Positions 25,548-39,419 are shown, counted from the stretch's first letter. The stretch is DNA of 64,000 bases from Azolla caroliniana (GCA_043228905.1 JBHGNT010000022.1:8804001-8868000), one strand, 5' to 3'. Made by a program: numbers and translations. The notes: generated by a model from the sequence alone, not told the origin.

Positions 25548-27275
25548 GCGCTCCTCGTCCGGTCCGGTCCCGTTTGCCGCGACCCCTTTGGTTCTGCGCG
25601 CCTCGACCCTCTCGGTCGGCATGTCTGCTCAATAGGCCTATCTCAGCACTCACGTTGCTGTGACTCCGGCGCTTGCCGATCCGTCGGTTCTCCCATGATG
25701 GCATCGACTTCCGCTGTGTTCGTGTCCCCTTGGCCTTCAGTCGATCCGACTCATCCGGATCCATTTGTTGATCCGAGTCAGCTGTCTCCGACTCGTTCCA
25801 GCTCTTGTCCGAATCGGTACACTCCGATTCAACTTCCGGCTTCAGGCCTCTCACCACATCGGACCACTTCCGAGTCTTGGCCTTCTCCATGCTTCCCTCG
25901 GCTTCTTCAGCCGGTGAACCGAAATCGAATTCTTCATTCGACTCCGCATCATGGTCAGTACCGTCGTGATGACCTCCGCAAACATGCACTTCTCTTCATG
26001 AGTGCACAATTCTTCTTCACAGCCGCTTGCTTCGACCTGTTCGGATGTGTCGACTTCCTTCGTTGACTCGACTTCCTTCATCTTCTCGTCTCCTCTTCTT
26101 CCGGCTCTCCTCTTACCGACGGGTTCAACAGTTTTTTGGCCTTTGCCCGTTTCGATAGAGACTTTGCCCTTGCTTCTCCCCCTCAAGTGCGGCACGTCGA
26201 GATGCTGAATACCAAGCATGTTGGTAAAGTGCTGCAACTTGTCCGATCCGAGCGGCTTGGTGAAGATGTCAGCAACTTGCCGATCCGTATGAACATACCG
26301 TAGGTCAACTTCACCGCTCAGGACCCGCTCACGCACGAAGTGGTAGTGCACCTCGATGTGCTTTGTGCGAGCATGGAACACAGGGTTCCTGGCGAGCTGC
26401 AGGCTGCTCATGTTATCGCAGTAAATCGGGATCAGGGTCAGTACCTCGATCCGCAAGTCTCGCAGCAGTCGCCGAAGCCAGATGGGTTCACAAGTGGCAA
26501 CGGTAGCGGCCCGGTACTCAGCCTCAGTGCTTGACAAAGCCACTGTGGGCTGCTTCTTGCTGCTCCACGCAACGGCCGCGCTACCTATGGAGAACATGTA
26601 TCCGGAAGTGGAGCGGCGATCAGACACATCGCCGGCCCAGTCAGCATCTGTGTAACCGACAAGCTCTTCGGGTATACCTCGCCGGTATAGCAGTCCCCGG
26701 TCCTTAGTGCCGCTGACATACCGTAATATTCGTTGCGCGCACTGAAGGTGCTCCACGGTCGGCTTCTGCATGAACTGGCTTACCATGCCGACCGGATAGC
26801 TAATGTCGGGTTGGGTGATTATTATAGATCTAAGTACTAAAGTAAGCTTAAGATAAGGATAAAGAAATGAAAGATAGAAAGGAGAAAGAGAAAGAAGGGT
26901 GCCGATCCACCCGACCACCCCCGAGCGAAGGGATCGAGACGGACTCGAGCCTCGATCGGCGTCCCATACCACCGTCGTGGCGTCGAGTCGTACCTGGTGC
27001 TGGCGCGCTCGCTACAAGAGTTGACCCACCACACGAGCAGAGTCTCGATGTAGTCAAAAGATGATCAAATGAGGGTAGCTAGGCCTCTTATTTATAGCGA
27101 TACCCAAGGCCCCCAGGCAAGTTCACACTTGACCTAATGGGTTGTCTCAATCCCGAGGATTAAAAGTAATCCTCCCCTTCTTTACACTCTCGTTTAACCC
27201 TCACACTTATCCACGTGTATAGATTACTACGGTAAATTCTTACCATGGGATATTATATGGTCATGCCCGTAACAT

Positions 27276-30200
27276 ACTCCCCCTCTTTAAAACATTGCAC
27301 TCTTGCAATGGAAAGTTAGGGAAGTTAGTTCTAAGAGTATTTTCGCGTTCCCATGTGGCATCTTTTATTCATTTATCCATCCATTTTATTTTAAATTCTC
27401 GGATTTCTTTAGTACGTAATTTTTTTGTTTTAACATCGAGAATTCTTTCTGGTACATGTGGTTTGGAAGATAATTCTTCAGAAGTAACCAGAGTTTCAGT
27501 CGTAACTGTATTGTCGCCAGAACCTAGAAGTTCTTTTAGACGACTAACATGAAAGACTGGATGAATTCCGACACCATCGGGAAGAGCGAGACGATAGGCT
27601 GATGACCCAATTCGTTTGAGGACTGTAAAAGGTCCACAAAACCGTGGGGCTAACTTAGCGCACTTACCCGTAGACAATGTCTTAGAATTGTGAGGTACAC
27701 GTAAAAATACCTTCTGTCCAGGGTTGAATACACGAGGTTGCCTATGATGATCGGCATAAAAACGCGCTCTATCTTGAGCTGTTTTTATATTATCTCGTGC
27801 AATATGCAACATATCTTGCATATCCCGAAGAAATTTTTGCGTACTTCGCAACTCATCATGATGTATAGTAACATCAATCGGGGCTCGTGGCTGAAAACCA
27901 TACATCAACATAAAAGGACTATATCCCGTCGACGTATGCTTGGAGCTGTTATAAGCAAACTCCAAAATTGGGAGATAACGTTCCCATTTTGTTGGTTTTG
28001 CACCAACGTATGCTCGAAGCATGTCCTCAATAATTTGATTTACTCGTTCTGTCTGTCCATCGGATTGAGGATGATCCGTGGAGCTCATGCTCAACGTAGT
28101 TTCTAACTTCTTAAAGACTTGTGTCCAGAAGTCACTAGTAAACTTTGGATCTCGATCACTCACGATATCCATTTGTAACCCATAAAAACGAAACAATTCG
28201 TCAACGAATTGGTAAACCAATTCAGGAGTTGTTACCGTGGTTTTAGTAGCAATAAATCTGGCCATTTTAGTTAGTCGATCAACAACAACCCAAATGGCAT
28301 CATGACCTTTTTGGGTGCGAGGAAGGCTAACAATAAAATCCATGGATATACTTTCCCACTTATTATTGGGAATGTCCAAGGGATGTAAAAGTCCTGCGGC
28401 TTTAAGTCGCTCGGCTTTGTTAACCTGACACTAGTGACATTTAGTCACATAGCTATGTATGTCAGGACGCATCTTAGGCCAATAAAATTGAGTGGAGATG
28501 AGAACGAGTGTACGATGTATTCCAGGGTGCCCTGCTGAGGGTGCATCATGGCATTCAAAAAGAATCCTCTTTTTGACCTCGGGTAAATCTGGAACACAAA
28601 CCTTCCCATTACGGTAGAGCAAACCGTTAGCAATGTGGAAGTATTCCTTCGAGGATGTGGTGGTGTCTGTTCCAGACTCAACTCTTGCCCAGTATTTTGC
28701 GAAATAACTGTCATCAGGATACTTTCCTCGAAGGTGATCATAAAGATCTGATGATATTGCAGTGAAGCTAAGCGTGTTAACTTCACGGATGCGACTTAGT
28801 GCATCAGCGACAATGTTCATGGAACCTTTACGATATCGTATGGAAAAATCAAAGTCCTGGATGAGATCAGCCCATCGTGCCTTACGACCTTTCAGGTCTT
28901 GTTGGTCACAAAAATATTTCAAGGACTCGTGGTCCGTAGTTACCACAAAGTGATTTCCATAAAGATAATGGCGCCATGTTTTGAGCGCATGTATAACTGC
29001 AAATAATTCCTTTTCTTGAACGGTATACCGACATTGAGCAGAATCAAGTTTCTTACTCTCGAATGCTATTGGTTTACCATCTTGATACAAGACAGCACCT
29101 ATAGCATAATCGCTTGCATCGATTTCAACCTCAAAAGGTTTTGAAGGATCAGGTAAAAGAAGTGAAGGAGCCTTGCAAACCAGGTCCTTGAGTTCCTTAA
29201 AGGCAAGGTCTAGTGTAGCATTCCACACAATAGGTTTTGTAGACTTACGCGTTTGACCTTTTAAAAGATCAGTAAACGGCATCGTCAATTGGGAGTAATT
29301 ACGAAGAAACTTTCGCAAAAACCCCACAAAACCAAGGAATGATCGAACTTCTCGAATATTCCGAAGAGTGGGCCAAAGCTTGATTTTCTCAATGCGAGAA
29401 GGATCAATTTCAACTCCTCGTTCGGTTATGAGATGTCCTAGATAAGTAATTGATTTCTTGAAGAACTCACATTTTGAGATCTTCGCATAAAACTGTTTGT
29501 TACGCAATGTTTGTAAAACAAAGCGGACATGCCTAGCATGTTCTTGTAATGTACGGCTATAAACTAAAATATCATCCAAGAAAATAACGACAAATTTTCC
29601 AAGTTGTTCTCGGAAAGTGTCATTCATTTCTTGTTGAAAAGTAGCCGGAGCATTGGTCAAACCAAAAGGCATAACCAAAAACTCGTAATGGCCATAGTGC
29701 GTACGAAATGTCATTTTAGGAACATCGTCCTCACTTATTCGTATTTGATGGTAGCCAGTACGGAGATCAAGTTTCGTAAAATACCGAGCTCCCTGGAGAC
29801 GGTCAATTAGATCGTCAGCCTGGGGCAATGGATACGAATTCTTGATCATCACTTTATTCAAGCGTCGGTAATTAATACACATACGCCATGTGCCCTCTTT
29901 CTTTTTAACCAAGAGAACTGGTGCACCCCATGGAGATTTACTATAACGTATATAACCCATTCGTAAATAGTCCTTGAGTTGCTTAGATACCTCATCTTCT
30001 TCGGATCGACTTAAGCGATACGAAGGTATACTTATTGGTGCAACACCAGGTACAATATCTATACGATGGTCTATATTACGTTTAGGAGGTAACCCATCAG
30101 GTAGTTCACTTGGAAAAACATCATGAAAATCATTTAAGATTTCATCAAGTTGTTGTTGTTCAAAATATGTTAATTGAATCGGGACATTATCGATATTGTA

Positions 30201-30281
30201 AACGTGAATGTCCGGATCAAGTACACAATAAAAATAACGTAGAACAAGACAACTCGGATATTGATGGACACGAGGAAACAA
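27276..30281 (-). pseudogene. Pol of the chromovirus (RT, RNase H, integrase, chromodomain) with stops at 28431 and 27369
   Basis: [23 protein letters not shown] zinc finger, SDRDPKF, PQSDGQTER, PERILD..FKIKW. Confidence 0.9.
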
Positions 30282-31695
30282 TCGAGAGGGATTGTTTTTT
30301 TACACATTGAATAAAATGCGTACAATCGTTCAGTACAAAAGAAATGGAATGACGAACCCAATCAATAAATAAAGAAGAGTTTTTATTATAAAACCAGGGA
30401 TAACCCAGTATTACATCGGTGGTACAAAGATTCATTACATGGAAGTCTACTTCCTCTATATAAGTATCAATAGAAATTCCTAATGAATGAATCGCCCCGT
30501 TGATGTATTGTACTCTTCCATCAGCCAAGTGCACCGTGTAGGTGTGATCACTTACGGTGGGTTGGATTCCCCATATCTGAACCAAACGATCATTCACAAA
30601 ATTGTGTAAGCTTCCCGAATCAAATAAAAATTGTACGGGAGATCCATTGATATACTCGTTTGCACGTAGTAAATCATTGGGACCCAATACATAGTGAGGG
30701 AAAGAACATTGACAATTACTTAAATGATGTGTATAGACCTGAAGGACATTAGGAATCTGACCTTTATGGTCTGCAGCTTTAGCTTTGTTGTCGTGCTCTT
30801 TCCGTTGGAGCTTTCGACATTGATCTTTTGTATGACCCTTCTTTTTGTAGAATACACAAAAAGGATGTTGTCGCTTACAATCGCGATCCAGGAATTCGTT
30901 GGGTGTCTTGCGTTTCCCAACAAATTGCGACTGCTTAGTCCCGGGCGCTTCGTTGGGTTTGTTATGGTCCTTCTTCGAAGTGCGTTGATAGCGAAGAACT
31001 ATTTCAACGGCCTCTTCGAAGGATTTTGGATCCTTATCGTGCACTATCCAGTGATAGTCCGAATTGGGGATGCCATTGACAAAACAAGCTATCAACCAAT
31101 TGTCCCCTTCTAGACCCGATTTTTGGATTTGGGTTCTAGCATGGTGAACATAGTCTTCTAGCGAGGAAAATTTCCTGCTAGAGAGGTTCATTAAAGCTTG
31201 TGCTGCCTCGGTTCGAGAGGGAGGTTGCAGAAATTGGCCCTTAAAAACCGTGACAAAATCTGTCCAGGTATCGGGCAATTTCCCCATAGTACGGAGGCCA
31301 CGCCACCAGGCGGCGGCCTTACCCCCGAGTTCTCGGCCGACATATGCAATCTTCGTACTATCTGGCGTGGGATAGAGCTCAAAATGAGACTCCCATCGTC
31401 CCAGCCATGTGCAGATTGCTTCTTCGGTTCTTTCCTTTTTGTCTCCCGTAAATGGCTTAACGACAAATGATGGTTCACCTTGTCGCTCATTAGGTCTATT
31501 AGTCTCACGTTGTAGACTAATGACACGTGCCTCAAGAGCACTCTGAGATTGCCGAAGTTCGGTCATCTGTTGAGCGGTGAAACTAAGGTATTGGGTTATT
31601 TGTGCCAAATACATCTCAGTGGACATTTGTCCAGGAGGATTCCCTTGAGTTCCTTCCGCTTGAGCGGATGACATCGGGTCGTTAATTTGAGCCAT
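30217..31695 (-). CDS. Gag plus aspartic protease of the chromovirus
   Basis: Retrotransposon gag-like region, degenerate zinc knuckle [24 protein letters not shown]. Confidence 0.85.
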   Translation of the reverse strand: MAQINDPMSSAQAEGTQGNPPGQMSTEMYLAQITQYLSFTAQQMTELRQSQSALEARVISLQRETNRPNERQGEPSFVVKPFTGDKKERTEEAICTWLGRWESHFELYPTPDSTKIAYVGRELGGKAAAWWRGLRTMGKLPDTWTDFVTVFKGQFLQPPSRTEAAQALMNLSSRKFSSLEDYVHHARTQIQKSGLEGDNWLIACFVNGIPNSDYHWIVHDKDPKSFEEAVEIVLRYQRTSKKDHNKPNEAPGTKQSQFVGKRKTPNEFLDRDCKRQHPFCVFYKKKGHTKDQCRKLQRKEHDNKAKAADHKGQIPNVLQVYTHHLSNCQCSFPHYVLGPNDLLRANEYINGSPVQFLFDSGSLHNFVNDRLVQIWGIQPTVSDHTYTVHLADGRVQYINGAIHSLGISIDTYIEEVDFHVMNLCTTDVILGYPWFYNKNSSLFIDWVRHSISFVLNDCTHFIQCVKKQSLSIVSSCPSISELSCSTLFLLCT

Positions 31696-34600
31696 TAAAG
31701 ATTATTTCTGGAAAAGAAATAGGATAAGGTCAGAGATATAGTCATAACATCATGTCGTGATGTAAACATATCATGGGCGAGCATTAATCGATATCATTAT
31801 CTCACGTCAATACCCCTCTAGACGTATGAGATGAGGTTCAAGATCAGGTTACTATGGTAACACAAAGGTGTTTTAAAAACCATGGGGGTGACAAATAAAT
31901 GTCTTTCCCTGATCTCTATATCGATTTTTTCATGGTGGCTCCACGAGGCTCAAACATGTATGTTCGCTTCATGAATAGTTTATACACGAAAAAAAATGTT
32001 AACAATAAACTATGTTTCGGTGCCCACATAAGTGGTTTCGGCTCTTTAAGTCCTATTACGAGAACCCCGAGGTGCACTTAGACCTTAAGTCTAAACATGT
32101 GTTATAATCATATGTATCAAGGATGTTGTATGGTCTTGGTCATATTTGAACTCGAGACCTCGAGAACAAATACATTAAACACTTGAGCCAACCAAGTAAG
32201 TTGCTCTTCTCGAATGCTTAATGTTTGATGCGTATAAGAGATATGCGAGATCATATATGTTTTTTTTCAAAGAACATATATGTCAAGGGTCCTTATTTCG
32301 CCCTCATTTACCAAAACTATGTTGGTACGTTACCTATCCTCAAGTCTCGTAATTACGATGGCATACGCCAAAGTGCAACCTAATGGTGAAGCCAAATGAG
32401 CCCTTGTTTCGTAGTAGGCTCACGTGGGCCATCACATGGTCACGTCATTACGAATGCCTCTCGTAAGAACGAGCTCATGGTGGCATCGTATCCATGTAAC
32501 GAGGGAGGGATGTTGGATACGTGCGTCATTGGAGCGACCTCACTTGAAGTGGGTCAAGCCCTACGTACTCAACATCATTATGGCTATTGGCGTTTCTTTA
32601 CGTAACGAAATCGAGGTCATCAACAGGGTTATCAACAATAAAAAATTGTTGAAAAAGGGATGGTGACAACGCCATTCTCACAAAAATGTGAGGACGGCCA
32701 CCAACATCCTTTTCCCGACCATGACAACTTTCGACATAATCACGTAATAACGAATATACACATATATACGATCAAATACGTATATATGTGACCACATATG
32801 CCTATATTAAACATATCGTTATATTAAATAGCCACAAATGATGTGATCGAGATACGTAATCGAGGTATATACCTCTACGCACACGAAACATCCACAAATA
32901 AGAGATCATTGTAATATGCAATTGAGGTATTGACATCTTACGCATACAAGACCAACCGCATATCGTTTACAACAAATCAAGGTATTAACCTCATAGGCAA
33001 ACATAACATATGTTCGTGAACGTAATACGTAATTGAGGTATTAACCTCGTACGCATACGACACTCATCACATATTATTAATATGTCAAACGAGGTATTGA
33101 CCTCGTGCACATATGTAAACGTTTTAGATAATCAATTAAAGACCACTACAACATCATTGACTTAATGAAAAAAAATTACATATAAACTAAACACATGATT
33201 AGATGGGAGAAGAGAGAATAGAAAGAAAAATGATGGAAAGAGTTACCGAAGTTCTTTGTTGATCGTTGTCTGGATCAAGGCCAACCGCACAACGATCGAT
33301 CAGCATCAATCAAAAGACAAATGAAAAACAAAGAAACATTAGTACAAAAATCTGATACCAAATATTATAGATCTAAGTACTAAAGTAAGCTTAAGATAAG
33401 GATAAAGAAATGAAAGATAGAAAGGAGAAAGAGAAAGAAGGGTGCCGATCCACCCGACCACCCCCGAGCGAAGGGATCGAGACGGACTCGAGCCTCGATC
33501 GGCGTCCCATACCACCGTCGTGGCGTCGAGTCGTACCTGGTGCTGGCGCGCTCGCTACAAGAGTTGACCCACCACACGAGCAGAGTCTCGATGTAGTCAA
33601 AAGATGATCAAATGAGGGTAGCTAGGCCTCTTATTTATAGCGATACCCAAGGCCCCCAGGCAAGTTCACACTTGACCTAATGGGTTGTCTCAATCCCGAG
33701 GATTAAAAGTAATCCTCCCCTTCTTTACACTCTCGTTTAACCCTCACACTTATCCACGTGTATAGATTACTACGGTAAATTCTTACCACGGGATATTATA
33801 TGGTCATGCCCGTAACAGTGATGGTTAAGTAGATCAGGCTTCTGACAGCCTGTCGGAACCGTTTCTCATTGCAGGCCGGTCCGGAGTTGGGACGGAGCTT
33901 CTGGTTCTGGTCAAGGGGTGTGGAAACAGGTCGACAATCCGTCATGCCGAACTTATACAACATATTCAAAACGTAATGTCGTTGTGAGAGCAATATGCCA
34001 TCGGGGGTCCGGATCACTTCGATCCCAAGAAAATAATGAAGGTCCCCCAGGTCCTTCATTTCGAATGCGTCCGACAACTGGGACTTGACGCGGTTGATTT
34101 CGGGAAGACCCGGTCCGGTGATGACTAAATCATCCACATACAAGAGTATACATACCGGACCGTCAGAGCCTTGCCGGATGAACAACGAAGAGTCCGACTT
34201 AGAGACAGCAAACCCCAGCTTACGCAACCGGTGCGTGATCTTCGCGTTCCAAGCTCGGGGGGCTTGCTTCAAGCCGTAAAGCGATTTCTTCAGTCGGCAT
34301 ACCGCCGACTTGTTCATCTACGAGTGAAATCCGGGGGGCTGAGTCATAAAGACTTCTTCTTCAAGCTCTCCTTGAAGGAAGGCGTTCTTCACATCCATCT
34401 AGTGAAGATGCCACCCCCTTGCCGCAGCAACCGCCAGTACCACACGAACCGTCGTCATCTTCGCCACAAGAGCGAAGGTCTCGTCGTAGTCGATTCCGTG
34501 GGTCTGCGCGTATCCCTTCGCCACTAACCGGGCTTTGTACCGGTTAACAGAACTGTCGGCGTTGTACTTGACCTTGTACACCCACTTGCATCCGATCGGT

Positions 34601-37600
34601 TTACAGTGACGGGGAGGATCAACTAGGTCCCAAGTTTCGTTGGCATCGAGTGCCCGCATTTCTTCGTCCATAGTGGCACGCCAATTTGCGTCCTTTGCCG
34701 CTTCTGCGTAGCTCTCCGGCTCACGCACTTCTGTCACCTTAGTCATGTACGCATAATGATGCGCCATGTATTCATTGTACCCGTACCGCATGACGGGATC
34801 CTTTTGGCGGGTTGATCGGCACAACGCACCGTCACCTGATTTGAGTCCCTTCTTGGCCAGTTCGGTCTTCGTTGCCGAAGATCCGCCTTTTTCTTTTCCG
34901 GAGTCGGATACGCACCGATCCGACTCATCGTTGCCAGTTTCGAATTCCGACATCTTCCTCTTCCCCTTCTCTTTGCGCGTGAACCGTTTCCTCGGTTCCT
35001 TGCGCGGGGAGAGCACGACAGAGTCTCCACTACTTGCCGTCTCTTCATCCGACTGGTCCAACCGACTCAGACGCCCGTTCGGTCCTCTCAACCGAAACGA
35101 TTCCGGACTCTCATCTTGAGTCCCGGCTTCATCATCCTCTGCCAGGGCTGATTCAGGCGCACTGGCCTGATCTTCCGGCATTGGGTCGGGATCGGAAGTC
35201 GGAGTCGGTAGGGAGTACCAGGATGCCGATTCGTCGAACTCGACATCCCGGCTAACTCGGACTTCCTTCGTCCGGGGGTTATAGCACTTATACCCCTTTT
35301 GCTCTTGAGTATAGCCGACTAGAATGCATTTTTCTGATTTTGCATCCAGCTTTCTCCGCTTCTGATCGGGCACATGCACATACGCTATGCTGCCGAATAT
35401 CCGAAGGTGTCTTAAGTTCGGCTTGCGCCCGAAATACAGCTCATGAGCTGACACCTTGTCACCAATGCGGTTTTGTATGTAGACGGTCGTCTGGACCGTC
35501 TCCGCCCAGTAGAACCGGGGCATGCTCTTCTCCTCCAGCATTGTCCTTGCCGCTTCGACGAGTGTCCGGTTCTTCCTTTCGGCCACACCGTTTTGCTCTG
35601 GTGTGTATCTGCAGCTGAACTCTCGACGAATTCCCTTCTACTGCAGATAACTAGTGAATTGGCCGGAAAAATATTCCTTTCCGCCATCCGACCGAAGGCA
35701 TTTGATCTTCCTCTCTGATTCCCGTTCCACCATCTCCTGGAAGCTCCGGAAACAGTCGAAGACTTCTCTCTTCCGCTCAATGAGGTAGATCCAAGTATGT
35801 CGTGTATAGTCGTCAGTGAAGGAGACGAAGTACCGGCTCCCGCCAAGGCTTACACTTTGTGCCGGTCCCCACACATCCGAATGGATGAGATCAAGCTTGT
35901 TGCGGCTCCGGTTCCGTTCGGTGGGGAATGGAAGCCGGTGTTGCTTCCCAAGTTGGCAGGCTTCACAAATTTCGGCTCTCCGGCCGCTAAACTTCGGCAA
36001 ACCGACAACGACTTGTTTTGTTTGCAGGTCTTGAAGCCTCCGGTAGTTGACGTGGCCTATCCGCTTGTGCCACAAGTCGATGTCCGACTCGACCTTCTAT
36101 CGATTCGCGAACAGAGCGGTGCCAAAGTCATTGGTGTTGAGGATAAACATCCTCCCGTCTCTGCACCCTTGCGCAATGACTTCGCCCTCATCCTCAATGA
36201 AGCACCCGAGGTGCGTAAACCGCACCTGCATCCCCTGGTCGACAATCTGACCGACAGACACCAGGTTCTTCGTGATTGTCGGAACGTGTAATACGTTCAT
36301 CAGCTTCCCTTTCTGTCTGACGTGGCTTAGAGGGACTTCTCCGACGTGCACGATTGGGTGAGGAGTGTCGTCTCCGGTTTCGACTACTCCTGGTTGATCC
36401 GGTTTCTCCAGAAAGGAGAACCACTCTTTGTGGCTCGTCATGTGGTTCGACGCGCCGGAGTCAACATACCACACTTCCTCCGTTTTGGAAGTGCTCTTCT
36501 TCATTGAGTTTGCCTTGTGATTCATCACCAAGGCTGGCCCCTTACCGGCCTTTCCGGTTCCGGATCCTCCTGATCCGTTTGCGTAGTGCGAGTTTTGTCG
36601 GCCATCCTTACCGGTCTTGCCGGATCCGGATTTGTCCGAATCGGCACGCTTTCTCCAGCACTCGCTTTCCCTGTGGCCTTTTTTGCCACAGTACCAGCAT
36701 TCCGTAGCGGATTTGTCTTGCCGGCCTCCGGCACCGCCTTGACTCCCCCTGCTTGTGGAAGTCCCAGAACTGCTATCGGCACATTCATAGTGCCTCTTTT
36801 CCTACTCTTGCCGGCCGCCTCCATTGCGTGCCGACCCACCTCTTCCACCATGCCCACGGAACCGATCCGTTCCCGTGTACAACATTTGGCTGTCCGGGGA
36901 TGCGCTGGTAGATGCACCGGCGTGGTTCTCCTCTACAAGGAGCATCGACTGTAAGTCGAAGAATGAGGGGGTATTCTCCCTTGTACACACCGCAGTCCGG
37001 AACGCTCCGAACTTGGACGCTAGGCCTCCGAGACATACCTGCACCATCTCGTCTTCCTCTACGGTAACATTGATAGAGGCGAGCGAGTCGCAAATTTCCT
37101 TTATCCGGCCCGTGTAGTCTGCCACGGACATGTTCTTCTGTCGAACATTGCTCAACTCCTGTCTGAGTTGCAGCTTCCAGGCAGTGGTGCTTGCGGCGAA
37201 AACCTTTTTCAGGTTCCCCCAAGCATCCTTCGGTGTCTTGGCGTCACGGATGTGGCTGAGCAGCTGATCGCCGACACTGGACGCGAAGCAGTACATCACC
37301 CTGCTTGCCGCTTGTTCCCATACCGGGAAGTCCTTGTATGCCGAGTCTGGCGCCGCATCATTCGCTCCTTCGACATAACTCCAGTACTCGTGTCCAAGCA
37401 GGTACTAGTGCATCTTGTAAGACCAGGATGTGTAGTTGCTCCTGTCGAGCTTCTCCACCGGAAGCGACGTAGCCATGCCTCTATCCATGTCTTCTACTGT
37501 GTCTGTTCTCGACCTATTAGGGTTTTCTTCTCAAGAGTAAATGTTTGCATCAGAGGTTCTCAACCCTCGCGCTCTGATACCATGAGAACGTAAGTGTTTG

Positions 37601-39419
37601 CGGAAGCGTAAAACAGAGAACAACACAGAGAGAGAGAGAGACAGAGAGAGACAGAGAGAGCAGAACGCAATTTCAAAATTATATCAAAACTATATATACA
37701 CACTGTGCTAAGTAGCACTATTTATACAAGTCCTCTTGGGACTGACAGAAGTACCATGTACTTCAATGCTCACACGAGCATCTGACACTTACTACGAGAC
37801 TATAGCTACCTAGTAGTCTATCCTATACTGGGCTTCTGATTGGACTTCCGGTCACGGATTGCACCCGGCCTCCACTGCTTGCCGGTTCGGTTGCTCACCG
37901 TCATACCAATCCGTTTCGTCCGATCCGTCTCGCTTACCGGCTCCGGCTTATTCAGCCGATCCGGCTCCGGTTGAGCTTGCCGCTCAACAAGGTTCAACTG
38001 ACCAATCGAATAGTCGAGGAAGAAGTTCTTCCTGACAACCGAACAATCAACAAAGTCAGAGCAAGTCCTGAGACAATCAAATCTGCAACTATTGCAAGAA
38101 GCCTGGGCACATCAAAGCCGATTGTCGTGTAGTCAAAGCAAAAAATGATAAAAATCAACGAGTTGATCAGAAGAGTGTACAATGGTCGAATAGGATTGCA
38201 CTGTGAAGTACACTGACTCTGACAAGTGCATTCAATTGTGGTGCGGATAATTTTGTCCAGCTTCTGCCATTCGTTCGACTTGTATCATTCTGGAGCATTT
38301 TCGGTTTCAATGGGGTTGATTTGCTCCTTGACTATCAGATATTCTTGCATCTACTCCTTCCAGAAGTTGAAGTTCGATCTATCAAACTTCCTTAGACTCA
38401 TCTCTGATGAAATGGATGTTGATGCCACTTGTGTCGACTTGTTAGACTCTGTTAAGAGTTGACTACAAACGGTGGTGGGATGCAGCCGATTGGCTCACCC
38501 GATATTGTTCTAGTCGGATTCGAACACAAGTTAAGTCAGCTTCCCGAGTTGGAACAATCGAATCTATCAATTTGATTCCGATGTTGATTTCAAGATGTCA
38601 ATTACAGATTTTGTGCCGATTATCTAGGCTAATCTTGCATTGGGTGACTTCAACGATGAGAGGAACAAAGCCGATTGTTCCTTCCAAATGTCGTTAAGCC
38701 GAATGAAGCACAGAATGGTGTTGTTCCTTGGGGTTGGATTTGCTTTGAGAGGTTACAACAAATGAGTAGGTAGCGTCTAACATGGTAAAGCATGATCGAG
38801 GCTGATTTGATAGAGATTCCACTCTAAGCGGCTGCAATCACAGAAGCAAGGTGTTGCCGGCTAGCTTACCTTAATAGTGATCTAGCTCGGTGGCATGCAA
38901 ATCTTCTATTTTCTTTCTCTTCTCATGATAAGATCTTGAACTCAGGTTCTTCAAGGAAAACGAAGCAAGAATGTTGTTGAAGACTGATGATCGCTGGCAG
39001 CGAGTTGAAGAACCTCTGCTCTAATACCAAATGTTGGGAACTGAGGTCGTCAATGTGGAAACATCAACAACACCTTGAGATGATGATCACCGAGTGCAGA
39101 AGTGAAGGCAAGATCAAAGAATAGAATGAGACAAAGAGACAAAGAGACAAAGAGAGATAGAGAGAGACAGAGAGAGACAGAGAGAGACAGAGAGAGAGAC
39201 ATTGAGGCACACAATGTAACAATATTATTCAGTAGTTACAATACAATGGAGGCAACAACTCTCTCATAATGGCAACAACCTTATGAGCTAGGTTACAAAG
39301 CCCATTATATACTAACTGGGCTATGTCAACTGTCCTTTGACATATTTACATAAATGCCCTAAATCTAGATTGTCCAAAGGAACAATGTGAATACAACCAT
39401 TATATTCCCATATTCGACA

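Larger units (their letters stand above)
26820..33817 (-). mobile_element. Full-length Ty3/gypsy chromovirus inserted in the Copia RT/RH; LTRs 26820-27274 and 33363-33817
   Basis: 455-bp LTRs with one visible mismatch; TSD GTGAT at 26815-26819 and 33818-33822; PBS TGGTATCAGA; PPT AAAGAGGGGGAGTA. Confidence 0.95.
24371..37989 (-). mobile_element. Full-length but pseudogenised Ty1/copia; LTRs 24371-24781 and 37583-37989
   Basis: TSD AGGTT at 24366-24370 and 37990-37994; PBS TGGTATCAGAGC abutting the 5' LTR; PPT TTGAGGGGGAG; gag (~37490), CCHC knuckle, WYVDSGASNHM, INT, RT (LYVDDL), RH (25851-26819). Confidence 0.95.
23182..39384 (-). mobile_element. Old degenerate Copia hosting the nested insertions (own sequence 23182-24370 and 37995-39384; 5' LTR ~39032-39384)
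   Basis: Met-type PBS TGGTATTAGAGC ~39018-39029; gag N-terminus KFDRSNFNFWKE ~38390; WLLDSSVSYH ~24030; integrase LQTDNERE, MNRTIQERI; split by the AGGTT TSD. Confidence 0.75.

Noticed and set aside
25851-26972. 373-aa ORF as a novel LTR-RNase H fusion gene
   Set aside because: Chance in-frame read from the inserted gypsy LTR into the Copia RH; it starts at a codon inside the LTR, with no evidence of selection.
32850-33112. CRISPR-like appearance (palindromic repeats with spacers)
   Set aside because: The repeats are degenerate, the spacers are partly related to each other, there are no cas genes, and it lies inside a eukaryotic retrotransposon leader.
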